Of a DNA stretch of 40,290 nt, positions 1 through 9,815 are shown one piece after another. The notes below the pieces were generated by a model that searched no databases, was not told the DNA's origin, and worked only from the letters and a program-made list of their open reading frames with translations. A program made the translations under genes and the position numbers. How positions within the stretch are numbered: the stretch's first letter is position 1; each line of letters opens with the position of its first letter. The stretch comes from Candidatus Woesearchaeota archaeon (GTDB lineage Archaea > Nanobdellota > Nanobdellia > Pacearchaeales > GW2011-AR1), in NCBI GenBank assembly GCA_964561665.1, contig CAZLQA010000001.1, positions 1-40,290 of the forward strand, written 5' to 3'.

Positions 1-1
1 C

Positions 2-1570
2 CCTTCCTCAGATTACGGCGATTTCGCGCTTCCCTGCTTTTTTCTTGCAAAGAAGCTAAGACTGCCTCCTCAAAAAATAGCCCTTGAGCTGAAAAATGAA
101 CTAACGGGAAAGTCAAAAATCTTTTCCTTCATCAGAGTCGACGGGGCTTATCTTAATTTTTTCATAAACAAGAAAGAGTTTGCGGAAAAAACAATAAAAA
201 GAATCCTAAAAGAGGGGGAAAATTACGGAAAAGAAAACATAGGAAAGGGAAAGAAAGTCCTGGTTGAGCATACAAGCATAAATCCAAATGCTTCCCCTCA
301 CGTCGGAAGGGCAAGAAATGCAATAATTGGAGACTCTTTGGTTAAAACTTTCAGATTCTTCAACTTCAAGCCTGAAGTTCATTATTATGTTAATGATGTT
401 TCAAAACAAATGGCAATGCTTGTGTTAGCCAATGCGGAAAACCTGAAATTTGAAGGATTATTAAAAAAGTACGCCGAGATGTCAAAAAAAGTGGAAAATT
501 CCAAGGAGACGGAAGAAAAAGTTTTTGAGATTCTTAACAAATTTGAATCAAATAATAAGAAAATTGCTGAGAAATTCAGGAAAATTACTAACATTGCAGT
601 TAAAGGGCAGAAAAAAATTCTTGCCAACTTGGGAATACACTATGATTTTTTTGATTATGAGTCAAAATACATGCATAAAACCGGAAAGATTATTGAAGAT
701 TTGAAAAAAACAAAAATGCTTTTCATGGATGAGAATGGAAGGTATGTCCTGGACCTGAAAGGCACTTCCGTTGAGGGAAAGATGAAATCGCCTGTCCTTG
801 TTCTAACGAGGAAGGATGGTACGGGGTTATATCCACTAAGGGATATTGTATACACCATAGAAAAAATCAAGAAATCAAAAGATAATCTTATTGTTCTTGG
901 AGAAGACCAAAAACTTTATTTCCAGCAAATCTCGGAAACATTAAAGATTTTAGGGTATAATTCTCCAAAAGCAGTTCATTATTCATTTATTCTACTGAAT
1001 GACGGCGGAAAATCAAAAAAGATGTCCACGAGAAAGGGGGACGTTGTTCTGCTTGAAGATTTCTTGACTGAAGCGGAAAAAAAATCAATGAAGAAAACAA
1101 AAAACAAGAAAATTGCAAGGGACGTAGGTATTGCGGCGGTGAAGTATTCTATTTTGAAAAATCACCCTAATAAAATGATAAGTTTTAACCTTGACGAAGC
1201 ACTGAACTTCGAGGGGGACACGGGGCCTTATCTTATGTACAGCTACGCAAGGGCATCAAGCATTTTAAGAAAGGCAAAAAATGGCTCTGGAAAAATTCCC
1301 GCGGAAAAAATAAGCGAAAAAGAATTTGAACTGATAAAAAAGCTTTCGCAGTTTCCGGAAATTATTTTAAGCTCTTACAAAACTCTTAATCCTTCCGCAA
1401 TTGCAAATTATTCCTACCAGCTCGCGCAGGTTTTCAATGAATTTTATCACGCAACAAAAGTCTTGGGTTCTGAAAACGAAAACTTCCTTCTGGCGCTGGT
1501 TCAGGCATTCAGAATTGTGCTTAAGAATTCCCTGAAACTTTTGGGAATTGAAGTTATTGAAAAAATGTAA
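2..1570 (+). CDS. argS: Arginyl-tRNA synthetase, 5' end runs off the window
   Basis: The frame of ORF 338..1570 stays open back to nt 2. The upstream translation ...KVLVEHTSINPNASPHVGRARNAIIGD carries a class-I HIGH-type motif. The C-terminal part (NYSYQLAQVFNEFYH) resembles the ArgRS anticodon-binding domain. Confidence 0.9.
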   Translation, partial: PSSDYGDFALPCFFLAKKLRLPPQKIALELKNELTGKSKIFSFIRVDGAYLNFFINKKEFAEKTIKRILKEGENYGKENIGKGKKVLVEHTSINPNASPHVGRARNAIIGDSLVKTFRFFNFKPEVHYYVNDVSKQMAMLVLANAENLKFEGLLKKYAEMSKKVENSKETEEKVFEILNKFESNNKKIAEKFRKITNIAVKGQKKILANLGIHYDFFDYESKYMHKTGKIIEDLKKTKMLFMDENGRYVLDLKGTSVEGKMKSPVLVLTRKDGTGLYPLRDIVYTIEKIKKSKDNLIVLGEDQKLYFQQISETLKILGYNSPKAVHYSFILLNDGGKSKKMSTRKGDVVLLEDFLTEAEKKSMKKTKNKKIARDVGIAAVKYSILKNHPNKMISFNLDEALNFEGDTGPYLMYSYARASSILRKAKNGSGKIPAEKISEKEFELIKKLSQFPEIILSSYKTLNPSAIANYSYQLAQVFNEFYHATKVLGSENENFLLALVQAFRIVLKNSLKLLGIEVIEKM

Positions 1571-1699
1571 GCGTATGAAATAAAAAATGTCTTGCTCGTT
1601 TTGTTTGTTTGCATTAAGTTAAACAATTAAAATTAAAAGTTGGCGATTAAATTTTTATTAAGTTACAGGATTTTTGTTAATTTTTAATTAAACCTCTAT

Positions 1700-1760
1700 C
1701 AAGGCAAGCGCAAATTGCAAGCGAGCCATTGGGCAAGCAGTTATCTTGTTAATAAACGCA
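1700..1760. repeat. Possible degenerate fragment of the dispersed repeat family
   Basis: caaggcaagcgcaaattgcaagcgagccatt resembles the ..aagcgaacgcagtgagccat core. The following ggcaagcagttatcttgttaa resembles the left-end aagcagtttctgtttaa. The match is weak and by eye. Confidence 0.3.
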
Positions 1761-1838
1761 AAAAGAAAAAACAAAACTTATTTAAATGGAATTTATATTA
1801 TATATTTGTTAGATTAATTAAATGAAAGGAGGTGAAAA

Positions 1839-1998
1839 ATGGCGAAAAGACAAAGTGGTATGGTGTTGAACCTTATTGCTTGGCTAACAGGGGTTTTCCG
1901 TTACCAATATCATAGCCCCGCGCGGTCCTCTTAAAGTTTTATGGGTTGTTGTCGTAACAACAATTGTCAGCGCAGTAATGGCTATCATCCAGAGATAA
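1839..1998 (+). pseudogene. Small membrane protein gene with an apparent +1 frameshift
   Basis: A strong SD (aaaggaggtgaaaaATG) is followed by MAKRQSGMVLNLIAWLTGV.., which stops at 1932-1934. The +1 frame is open from 1888 and encodes ..FSVTNIIAPRGPLKVLWVVVVTTIVSAVMAIIQR*, ending at 1998. The switch point would be the ggggtttt run at 1890-1897. Confidence 0.35.
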
Positions 1999-2028
1999 TT
2001 TTTTATTTATTTTTATTTTTTTATTTAT
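1999..2028. terminator. Oligo-T/oligo-A tract between convergent small genes (archaeal-type terminator)
   Basis: ttttttatttatttttatttttttattta lies directly after the stop at 1996-1998 and faces the 3' end of the minus-strand ORF 2084..2197. Confidence 0.4.
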
Positions 2029-2083
2029 GATTCTTTAGAATTTTTATGATTAATCTTCAGAGGAAGGGTTTTTTATTGGAAAA

Positions 2084-2197
2084 TTATTTTCTCTTCTTTA
2101 TGGTTTTTCTTCCATCACCAGTCAAAGCCTTTCTCATTTGCCCCCTGTTTGTTTTAGGAGAACTTCTTATGCCCCAAATTTTTTTCCTTTTTGCCAT
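2084..2197 (-). CDS. Very basic 37-aa ORF (MAKRKKIWGIRSSPKTNRGQMRKALTGDGRKTIKKRK), possibly a small ribosomal-type protein
   Basis: My own translation; the ORF is below the size cutoff of the ORF track. It is the last gene of the minus-strand TrmB / small-membrane-protein string. The composition resembles tiny ribosomal proteins, but I cannot assign a family. Confidence 0.3.
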   Translation of the reverse strand: MAKRKKIWGIRSSPKTNRGQMRKALTGDGRKTIKKRK

Positions 2198-2213
2198 TTT
2201 TTCTAACAAAATT

Positions 2214-2399
2214 TTAGTTATCTAACCACTTCCCAAATCTCACACTTAAAATTATTACTCCCATCATAAACATTGCAGTTCCTAAATAAGATAAAATGGT
2301 AAACTTAAAACTTATAGAAAAAGTTAGATAAATTCCAAATAGAACTGAAACAGCTCCAATAAAAGTTAGATAAAATCCTATTTTAGTCTGCTTTTTCAT
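2214..2399 (-). CDS. Small membrane protein, two predicted TM helices (61 aa from MKKQTKIGFYL..)
   Basis: Internal ATG of ORF 2214..2483. It lies 2 nt after the TrmB stop, and the upstream part of the tracked ORF overlaps the TrmB coding sequence. Confidence 0.5.
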   Translation of the reverse strand: MKKQTKIGFYLTFIGAVSVLFGIYLTFSISFKFTILSYLGTAMFMMGVIILSVRFGKWLDN

Positions 2400-2401
2400 T
2401 C

Positions 2402-3208
2402 TCACTTCACGCTTTTCATATCTTTCCACGCCATCTCGAAGAGCTGCTCCAATGCCGAGGCAAAAAATTCCGTGTTTATCCATACTCCTGTGTCATAGTT
2501 TGGATGGAACTTCTCGTCATCAAGAAGCATGAACATTATCTGGTTTGAATCCACTATCACAAATCTTGCCCTCATTTTTTCCATGTTCTTCACTTCGGCG
2601 ACTTTTTTCAAATCTCTTGCAACCTTTATATTGTTGCTGTCAATTGGCGCCGCAATTTTTATCTTCACACCTCTCTTCTTGCACTTTTCCATGCTAGGCA
2701 ACAAAGCCTCGAGTTTCCTGTTAAGCCCCTCTTTTGTCGTTATTATCGTGATTGTTTTCTCCGCAGTCCTTATCATCATGTCGATATGATTGTAAAGGTT
2801 CTGCCTTCCCCTCAGGCTTCCTGAAAGATCGGCGGGCTCGACAAATTTTATTCCCTCTGTGAACAAAGTGTTTAGCTCCTCCAAAACCTCGTCGCCTTTC
2901 ATTGTCTCAAGTCTTTTTGTCTTTTCCTGCGTTTCCTTTGCGAGGTTTCTCTTTACTCTTTCAATAACTTCCTCGGGCTTTAATGCAACAAATTTTATTG
3001 GCTTACCGAGTTTCATCACGATAAATCCCTTCTTGTCAAGCGATTCAAGAATATCGTATGTTCTGCTTCTTGGAACATCCGAAATGCTGCTTAATTCCCC
3101 CGCCGTTGATGTTCCGCGAGAAAGAAGAGCTGCCCACACTTTTACTTCATAAAGATTCAAATCAAAAATTTTTCTCAGCCTGCTCAGAAGTTCGTCTTTT
3201 ATTATCAT
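2402..3208 (-). CDS. TrmB-family transcriptional regulator
   Basis: The N-terminal winged HTH (LYEVKVWAALLSRGTSTAGELSSISDVPRSRTYDILESLDKKGFI) is typical of TrmB. The 268-aa length and C-terminal sensor-like domain also fit. Confidence 0.85.
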   Translation of the reverse strand: MIIKDELLSRLRKIFDLNLYEVKVWAALLSRGTSTAGELSSISDVPRSRTYDILESLDKKGFIVMKLGKPIKFVALKPEEVIERVKRNLAKETQEKTKRLETMKGDEVLEELNTLFTEGIKFVEPADLSGSLRGRQNLYNHIDMMIRTAEKTITIITTKEGLNRKLEALLPSMEKCKKRGVKIKIAAPIDSNNIKVARDLKKVAEVKNMEKMRARFVIVDSNQIMFMLLDDEKFHPNYDTGVWINTEFFASALEQLFEMAWKDMKSVK

Positions 3209-3331
3209 TTTATATGAATTTTTCTGCCATCTTTTCCTTTTAAATATTGTTATGATTCAAAAGTTCTTACAACTTATACAATTGAACTTTTTGACGATAA
3301 AAAGGTATGATTTGCAGGGCATTTTCTGACG

Positions 3332-6181
3332 CTACTTTACCACTAAAATCTCCCCTTTTTTGTCTTTTATCTGAAAGTCAGTTTTGTTTTTAAATCTTTC
3401 CTTGTCAGTTGTAACATCTTCGGAAATTATCTTGAATTTTTTCGAATTTGTCCTTTCTTTTATAAATTCTTCCTGTTTTTCCAGCATGTTTTTTAACCCA
3501 TTGTCAGTCGATATAATCAACTCTATCTTGTCCTTCTTGTGCAGCCCGAGTTTTTTTCTGAATTCCTGCACCTGCCTCAAAAGCTCGCGGGCATATCCCT
3601 CAGATTCAAGTTCAGGCGTTTGTGTTGTATCAAGTTCAATAATCATTCCACCCTCATTTTTATTTAATTTTAGCTCAATCTTTTTTACATTTAATTGCGA
3701 TTTTATTATCTCTTCTTCCTCTTTTTTTAGTTTATAATCTCCGCCTATAACAGTTGCTTTCGCCAAAGGCCACTTCAAGCCAACTTCCTTTTTTTCCCTC
3801 TCTCTTAAGCCTGCAGAGACTACATTCCTGATAACTTCCATTTTTTTCAAAAGTTTTCTGTCGGTATGTTTATCTTCAAAATCAGGAAAGCTTTCCAAAT
3901 GAACTGATTTTGTTTTTCCATTAAGAGTCTGGTAAATTTTTTCCGCGGTAAACGGAAGAATAGGTGCAACGGACTTTGAAAAGATTTCCAAAACATACCT
4001 CAAAGTTTCACGGGACAATTTTTCATCTTCAAATCTTTCCCTTCCAGTCCTTATGTACCATGTAGACAAATCATCTGCAAATTTTCTTATTTCCTCGCAG
4101 GATTTTATTGTGTTGTAATCTTTAAGGCAGGAACTAATTTCGCATCCGAACTCATTCAGTCTCGACAGCATCCACTTGTCCGTCAAATTTCTGCTTAATG
4201 GCTTTTTGGTTTTCTCCTTTTTTCCGATAGTTTCGTAAAACCTTAGCGAGTTATACAAAATCAAAATAATCTTTTTGTAAACTTCCCCCACCCCCTTGTC
4301 CGAAAAATTAAGGTCTTCTGAGTTCATCACCGAGCCCGACATGAGATAAAATCTCAGGGCATCCGCCCCGTATTTGTCAACAAGTATCATAGGATCTGTA
4401 AAATTATTCTTGCTTTTGCTCATTTTTTGCCCGTCTTCCGCAAGGACGGTTCCCGTTGTAACAACATTTTCGAAAGGAATGTCATCAAACAAAATTGCCG
4501 ACAAAACCATCATGTAGTAAAACCACGTCCTTACCTGTGCTATGTATTCCACGACAAAGTCTGCGGGAAAGTTTTTTTTGAATAGGCTCTCGCTTTCAAA
4601 AGGATAATGAAACTGCGCAAAAGTCATTGCTCCCGATTCAAACCAGCAATCCAGAACTTCCGAAACCCTCTTGAATTTTTTCCCGTCTTTCTCAAGAATG
4701 ATTTTATCAAGATAATCCTTGTGCAGGTCTATTTTACCCTTAAGATTTTTCGAGTATTTTTTTAGCTCTTCCACGCTCCCTATAATTATTTTCTCTCCGT
4801 CTTCGGAAGTCCACACGGGCATTGCGCTTGCCCAATATCTGTTTCGCGAAATGTTCCAGTCCGGCGCGGTTTCAATCGTGTATTTCACGCGCCCTTCCTT
4901 GAGGAAAGTAGGATACCATTTTATCTTTTCGTTCAGTTTCAAAAGTTTCGGCTTTATCTTTTGTATATCCACAAACCACGCGGGTATCGCCCTATAAATC
5001 AGCTTTGTGTCACAACGATAGCAAAATGGATATTCGTGCTCCGTATTTTTTACCAAAACAACTTTATTTTGCTTCCTTAGGAATTCTATAATATCCCTGT
5101 TTGAATCATGAACAAATTTTCCCTTAAAGTCCTTGGCTTCAGGAGTGAATCTTCCTTTTTCATCAACAGGCTGCACAAGGGGAATCCTGTAATTCTTGCA
5201 GACATTGTAGTCGTCTTCGCCAAAGGCAGGGGCAATGTGGACAATTCCCGTTCCCTCATCCGAATTTACAAAATTTCCGAGCAGAAACCTGAATGCATTT
5301 TCGGTATTTTTGAAGTAAGGAAACAAAGGCTCGTATTTTTTTCCTTCAAGTTTTCTTCCTTTTATTTTTTCTACAATCTCATACTCTTTTCTGTCCCTGA
5401 AAAAATTGTCAAGAACTTCCCTTGCCATGAGATAAACCTCCTTGCTTGACTTGTCTTTTACATAAATGTAGTCCAAATCAGGGTTCACTGCAAGGGCAAG
5501 ATTTGAAGGGAGAGTCCAAGGGGTTGTTGTCCACGCCAGGGCATAAGCATCCTCCTCTTTTAGCTTGAATTTGACAACGATGGAATTTTCCTTTATCATT
5601 CTGTACGAATTGTCCATTGCAATTTCCGCCTTCGCCAGAGGGGTGGAGCATCTCGGGCAGTACATCAAAACTTTCTCACCCTCGTAGATATATCCCTTTT
5701 CCCACAGCTTTTTGAATGCCCACCACACGGATTCAATGTAATCGTTGTCCATAGTCCTGTAAGATTCCTTCATGTCAACCCACCTCCCTATCCTGTCTAT
5801 AACATTTTCCCACGAGCCTGCATACTCCATGACGCAGTGCCTGCAGTAGTCATTGAATTTTTTCACGCCTATTTTTTCTATCTCGTCCTTAGAGTTTATT
5901 TTTAGCCCTTTTTCAGCGATGTTCTCTATGGGAAGTCCGTGGCAGTCCCACCCCCATATTCTTCTTACATATTTTCCGTTCATCGTCCAGAATCTCCCGA
6001 AGACATCCTTTGTGACGGAGCCGAGAATGTGCCCGTAATGCGGAAGTCCCGTCGCGAAGGGAGGGCCGTCATAAAAAATGTAAGGTTTCCCTTTTTTTGT
6101 TTTTTTAAGGGATTTTTCAAAAGTCCTGTCTTTTTTCCAGAATTTTAATATCTCTTTCTCCTCTTCGTTGACATCAGCCAT
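3332..6181 (-). CDS. ileS: Isoleucyl-tRNA synthetase
   Basis: 949 aa with HIGH region (PPFATGLPHYGHIL), KMSKS (KMSKSKNN) and an editing-domain-type TTTPWTLPSN motif. Confidence 0.95.
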   Translation of the reverse strand: MADVNEEEKEILKFWKKDRTFEKSLKKTKKGKPYIFYDGPPFATGLPHYGHILGSVTKDVFGRFWTMNGKYVRRIWGWDCHGLPIENIAEKGLKINSKDEIEKIGVKKFNDYCRHCVMEYAGSWENVIDRIGRWVDMKESYRTMDNDYIESVWWAFKKLWEKGYIYEGEKVLMYCPRCSTPLAKAEIAMDNSYRMIKENSIVVKFKLKEEDAYALAWTTTPWTLPSNLALAVNPDLDYIYVKDKSSKEVYLMAREVLDNFFRDRKEYEIVEKIKGRKLEGKKYEPLFPYFKNTENAFRFLLGNFVNSDEGTGIVHIAPAFGEDDYNVCKNYRIPLVQPVDEKGRFTPEAKDFKGKFVHDSNRDIIEFLRKQNKVVLVKNTEHEYPFCYRCDTKLIYRAIPAWFVDIQKIKPKLLKLNEKIKWYPTFLKEGRVKYTIETAPDWNISRNRYWASAMPVWTSEDGEKIIIGSVEELKKYSKNLKGKIDLHKDYLDKIILEKDGKKFKRVSEVLDCWFESGAMTFAQFHYPFESESLFKKNFPADFVVEYIAQVRTWFYYMMVLSAILFDDIPFENVVTTGTVLAEDGQKMSKSKNNFTDPMILVDKYGADALRFYLMSGSVMNSEDLNFSDKGVGEVYKKIILILYNSLRFYETIGKKEKTKKPLSRNLTDKWMLSRLNEFGCEISSCLKDYNTIKSCEEIRKFADDLSTWYIRTGRERFEDEKLSRETLRYVLEIFSKSVAPILPFTAEKIYQTLNGKTKSVHLESFPDFEDKHTDRKLLKKMEVIRNVVSAGLREREKKEVGLKWPLAKATVIGGDYKLKKEEEEIIKSQLNVKKIELKLNKNEGGMIIELDTTQTPELESEGYARELLRQVQEFRKKLGLHKKDKIELIISTDNGLKNMLEKQEEFIKERTNSKKFKIISEDVTTDKERFKNKTDFQIKDKKGEILVVK

Positions 6182-6230
6182 TTTATTATTTGCCTTTCAA
6201 CATTTTTAAAACATTATATTCCTGAAAACT

Positions 6231-6385
6231 GAGTCGACCTTGCTTGGAATTAATAGTTTAAATTTGTCCTCGCAAAGTCGCTCGGCTCATAATTTATGAA
6301 AAAATTAACAAAAAACCTGTTTTATGCTAACATTATTATCAATAAGCGAACGCAGTGAGCCTTTTGTATGACAAGCCTTGAAATC
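6231..6385 (+). repeat. Dispersed mosaic repeat, copy A
   Basis: It shares the exact 21-mer ggaattaatagtttaaatttg (6246-6266 = 14966-14986) and the exact 20-mer ataagcgaacgcagtgagcc (6342-6361 = 15119-15138) with copy B. The tail ttttgtatgacaag matches copy C. Confidence 0.8.
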
Positions 6386-6426
6386 AGAATTTATTCTCAA
6401 ATTTTCATCCAAAAACTTAAAAACCC

Positions 6427-6600
6427 ATGAATGCTGGAATTTTTATGTGTGTAGGATGTGTTTTAGGAGGAAAGAACCTTCACGGCAGTGAGGCATACAT
6501 AGATTATTCTCCAAGGGGTTATTCTTCAGGGGAAGGTGCTTCAAATTATGCCTCTTCTGGAAATGCTTCCAGCAGTTATTCCTCTCACGGCTATTCATAA
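6427..6600 (+). CDS. Speculative 57-aa Gly/Ser/Tyr-rich ORF (MNAGIFMCVGCVLGGKNLHGSEAYIDYSPRGYSSGEGASNYASSGNASSSYSSHGYS)
   Basis: My own translation. It is low-complexity, overlaps the convergent dph5 3' end by 10 nt, and has no recognisable family. Confidence 0.2.
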   Translation: MNAGIFMCVGCVLGGKNLHGSEAYIDYSPRGYSSGEGASNYASSGNASSSYSSHGYS

Positions 6601-7271
6601 TTTTTCAGGAATTCTTCTTCAAGAAAATGCAATTTTCCGGGAATGATAATGCAGAAAGGATTTTTTATTTCCATGTCTTTTAGTTCATTAATCTCCTTGT
6701 AAAATATCTTCTGATGTCTTGTGCCTAACGCCTGGCATAAGATGATTTTGCCTTTTGTGTCTTTCAATTTTTCCAATGCTTCCCCAAGAGTCATGCCGAT
6801 GTCAATAAGAAGAAGGGTGTGGGCATTTATTTTGTTATTCTCTTTCATAATCTCAAGAAAACTCGGAGCCTCATGCCTTGGAATGGATGCGATTTTCCCA
6901 AACTTGTAAATCTGCAATCCCGTCTCCGCAATGGCGTCCAGAACAGACGCGGAATAGATGACTTTGGCTCTTATTCCTGAGCTTTTAGCTTCCTGCAAAA
7001 CCGAAATATGCGTCGTGGCTGTAAGAGGCGAGCCGTAAACAAGCAGCGCAACATCGGTTTTTTTCGCCTCGTCAAGAAACTCCAGGCTTTCAACAGCCTC
7101 CCTCTCAAGAGGAATTATTTTTTTCCCTATGACTTCGCTTAGCTCTTTCAGGCTGTATGGAAATTCAACGGTGTAGTTCTCGAGATAAACTCTTTTGCAT
7201 TTCTTCGCGACGTCAAGCCCGTATTTTGAAATCCCGTCAACATTCAATCCCAGTCCTATTAAATACAACAT
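6591..7271 (-). CDS. dph5: Diphthine synthase
   Basis: The MLYLIGLGL.. N-terminus and tetrapyrrole-methylase fold motifs (LVYGSPLTATTH) match. It is an archaeal/eukaryotic EF-2 modification enzyme. Confidence 0.9.
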   Translation of the reverse strand: MLYLIGLGLNVDGISKYGLDVAKKCKRVYLENYTVEFPYSLKELSEVIGKKIIPLEREAVESLEFLDEAKKTDVALLVYGSPLTATTHISVLQEAKSSGIRAKVIYSASVLDAIAETGLQIYKFGKIASIPRHEAPSFLEIMKENNKINAHTLLLIDIGMTLGEALEKLKDTKGKIILCQALGTRHQKIFYKEINELKDMEIKNPFCIIIPGKLHFLEEEFLKNYE

Positions 7272-7316
7272 AAAAGAAAAAAATAATCCCAGTTTATAAA
7301 ATTTCTTGATGTCCTG

Positions 7317-7430
7317 TTTTTGTATTAATCATCTATTTCAAGTGATATTATCTGCAGTTTTTACATTAGAAATTTACATCAATATACGAACGACGAAGGA
7401 GTGAGCCATTTTGTATAATAAGTCAAAGCA
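7317..7430 (+). repeat. Dispersed mosaic repeat, copy C
   Basis: tttttgtattaatca..aagtgata.tatc.gc.gttttt matches copy D (9638-9683). The core aatatacgaacgacgaaggagtgagccat (7381-7409) is 28/29 identical to the reverse complement of 21944-21972 (copy F). Confidence 0.75.
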
Positions 7431-7580
7431 TTTCGGAAGTTTTTACACAAAACCATGAAAAGGGATAAGTATAAAAACTTTTGATGTTTGTTTTTTAATA
7501 AGAGGTGTGGTGTGTATGGCAAAAAAAAAGAAAGCAAAAAAGAAGAAATAACTATATTTTGAAACAAACTCTTTTTTATC

Positions 7581-7823
7581 TTATTTTTTCCTTTTCAAAC
7601 TTCTGCTTGTCACGATTGCCATGAAAAGAAAGCTAAACAGCAAAATGTCGTTTCTTAAAAAAAGTCCTGCCACTGCGCCGGCGAGACTCAGAACTATTAT
7701 TAACCTGAACCATTTCTGCCCCTGTTTTAGTTCCTCCTTGGTTGCTTTAGCAAGATAGTTCCCAAGAGGAAAAGCCAGAGCCAAAACAATTATCCCGATT
7801 ACAAATTTGTATATCTCAATCAT
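7581..7823 (-). CDS. Small membrane protein (80 aa, 2-3 TM)
   Basis: The only support is the hydrophobic ORF from the track. It lies divergent from pyrE. Confidence 0.5.
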   Translation of the reverse strand: MIEIYKFVIGIIVLALAFPLGNYLAKATKEELKQGQKWFRLIIVLSLAGAVAGLFLRNDILLFSFLFMAIVTSRSLKRKK

Positions 7824-7883
7824 AAGCCAAAATATGCTTTTGTGTTAATAAATTTATTTAAACCTTTGATTTATCAAGCAGAG

Positions 7884-8597
7884 ATGGATTATAATCAAAA
7901 AACTTTTGTGAGATTTCTTGCAGATTCAGGAGCATTGTTTTTTGAAAAGGGACTAAGGCTTGATGACGGAAGAGTTACGCCTTATTTTTTGGATATTGGA
8001 AAAGTTATGGGAAGCGGCTCCAAACTGGAAAAATTATCAGGAGAATATGCCAGAATGATAAGACAAAGAATTGAAGAAGGAACAGAAATCACTACGCTAT
8101 TTGGACCTGCCTATAAAGGAATTCCTCTTGCGACAGGCACATCTTTTGCTTTATCCAGTTACATGTGCATAGATGTTGGAGTTGTTTTCAACAGAAAAGA
8201 GGCAAAAAAACATGGTGAGAAGGGAATTTTTGTGGGAGATTTTCCTGAAGACGCCAGGGTATACTTGGTTGATGATGTTATGACTTCAGCAAGAACAAAA
8301 TTGAAATCAATTAAAATGATACAGGATTACGCCGCAAAAAGAAGAAGAAATGTTTCTGTTGTAGGAGTGGGAATTGCTTTTGACAGGCAGCAGGTTAACC
8401 TCAAAGGAGAAAACGCAATAGAAAGCTTCACAAAACAAACGGGAATTCCCGTCGATTCTATTGTCGGCGCGAGAGATGCAATGAAGTTTTTGTTTAAAAC
8501 AGAATCTCCTTTGATGATTAATGGCAGGGAACAAGCAATGAGCCCCCGCATTTACAGAGTTTTTCAGGGGTATATGGAAAAATACGGAACAAAATGA
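7884..8597 (+). CDS. pyrE: Orotate phosphoribosyltransferase
   Basis: It has a PRPP-binding motif (VYLVDDVMTSARTK) and the LFGPAYKGIPLAT motif. I prefer the ATG at 7884 (MDYNQKTF..) over the non-ATG start at 7842. The stop overlaps the pyrF ATG (ATGA). Confidence 0.85.
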   Translation: MDYNQKTFVRFLADSGALFFEKGLRLDDGRVTPYFLDIGKVMGSGSKLEKLSGEYARMIRQRIEEGTEITTLFGPAYKGIPLATGTSFALSSYMCIDVGVVFNRKEAKKHGEKGIFVGDFPEDARVYLVDDVMTSARTKLKSIKMIQDYAAKRRRNVSVVGVGIAFDRQQVNLKGENAIESFTKQTGIPVDSIVGARDAMKFLFKTESPLMINGREQAMSPRIYRVFQGYMEKYGTK

Positions 8598-9571
8598 CAA
8601 GAAATATTGTAGACAAGTTGTATGAAAGAATGGATGAAAAGAGAACTCCGTTATGCATAGGTTTGGACCCTGTTATGGGAGAATTGCCAATGCCCCTAAG
8701 AAAAAAAGTCGCTTTGCAATATGGCTCAAATTTCAGGGCTGCCGCGGAGGCGTTCAGAAGATTTAACTTCGCAATTATTGACGCCACCGCTGATTTGGTT
8801 CCTGCATTCAAGCCGCAAAGCGCTTTTTATGAAGCATATGGAAACGAGGGAATAAGGGCATTGGAAGACACCGCCAGATACATAAAAAGCAAAGGGGCAA
8901 TAGCCATTTTGGACGCGAAAAGAAATGATATAGGAAAAACATCAAAAGCTTACGCGGAAGCGCATCTTGGGCAAGTAATGCTGCCTGATGGAATCATGGT
9001 CAGAAGTCCAGATGATTTTGATTTTATGACGGTAAACGCTTATCTTGGAAGCGATGGCATAAAACCTTTTGTGGATGTCGCAAACAGGTATGGAAAAGGA
9101 ATCTTTATTCTGGCAAAAACTTCAAATAAAAGTTCTGGAGAATTGCAGGACCTTGAAGTCGGCGGAGGTTCGGAGGTTTACACAGAAATGACAAAACTAA
9201 TTGAGAGGTGGGGTAAAGAAAATATCGGCGAAAATGGCTATTCAAATATAGGGGCGGTTGTCGGGGCAACATATCCTGAAGAAGCCAAAAAATTAAGGGA
9301 AACATTCCAAAAAGTTCTATTTTTAATGCCAGGTTACGGAACCCAAGGAGCAAAAGCAGAGACGTTGGTTAATGGATTTGATTCTAACGGCAGAGGAGCC
9401 ATAATTAATTCAGGCAGCGGGATAACATATGCCTTTTCAGATGAGAGATTTGCAGAGAGAAATTCCCCGGAAAATTTTGCGGAGATTGCCAGAGCAGTAA
9501 CTATACAGTCCATTATGGATATAAACAGGGCGTTAAGCAATGCAGGAAAACTACCAAGCAGATGGAGATAA
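8594..9571 (+). CDS. pyrF: Orotidine-5'-phosphate decarboxylase (long, type-2 form)
   Basis: It has the CIGLDP, FKPQSAFYE and ILDAKRNDIGKTS motifs and is translationally coupled to pyrE. Confidence 0.9.
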   Translation: MTRNIVDKLYERMDEKRTPLCIGLDPVMGELPMPLRKKVALQYGSNFRAAAEAFRRFNFAIIDATADLVPAFKPQSAFYEAYGNEGIRALEDTARYIKSKGAIAILDAKRNDIGKTSKAYAEAHLGQVMLPDGIMVRSPDDFDFMTVNAYLGSDGIKPFVDVANRYGKGIFILAKTSNKSSGELQDLEVGGGSEVYTEMTKLIERWGKENIGENGYSNIGAVVGATYPEEAKKLRETFQKVLFLMPGYGTQGAKAETLVNGFDSNGRGAIINSGSGITYAFSDERFAERNSPENFAEIARAVTIQSIMDINRALSNAGKLPSRWR

Positions 9572-9637
9572 AACAACTTTACTTTAGCAAGTAGATTCTA
9601 TCTGGAAATCAGTCTGTTAATCAAAGGGTAACTTTAA

Positions 9638-9760
9638 TTTTTGTATTAATCAATTCCTTAAGTGATAATATCCGCGGTTTTTGTATTAACAACTTACATC
9701 AATTAGCGAACGAGTGAAAAGTTATTCAGTGCTTGGCGAAGCGTATGCCTAATCGCTTTT
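9638..9760 (+). repeat. Dispersed mosaic repeat, copy D
   Basis: The left part matches copy C. The core is ..acatcaattagcgaacgagtgaaa. The right part agttattcagtgcttggcgaagcgtatgcctaatcgctt matches the 53-bp tandem unit at 16670-16785. Confidence 0.8.
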
Positions 9761-9815
9761 GAACAAAGCCCTACAGCACAATAAATTTTAAAACCCGTTG
9801 AGATTTTTCTAATTC

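Noticed and set aside
7516-7551. An 11-codon poly-lysine mini-ORF (MAKKKKAKKKK) with an upstream aagaggtg.
   Set aside because: It lies in an A-rich spacer where such strings arise by chance, it is too short to evaluate, and no conservation evidence is available.
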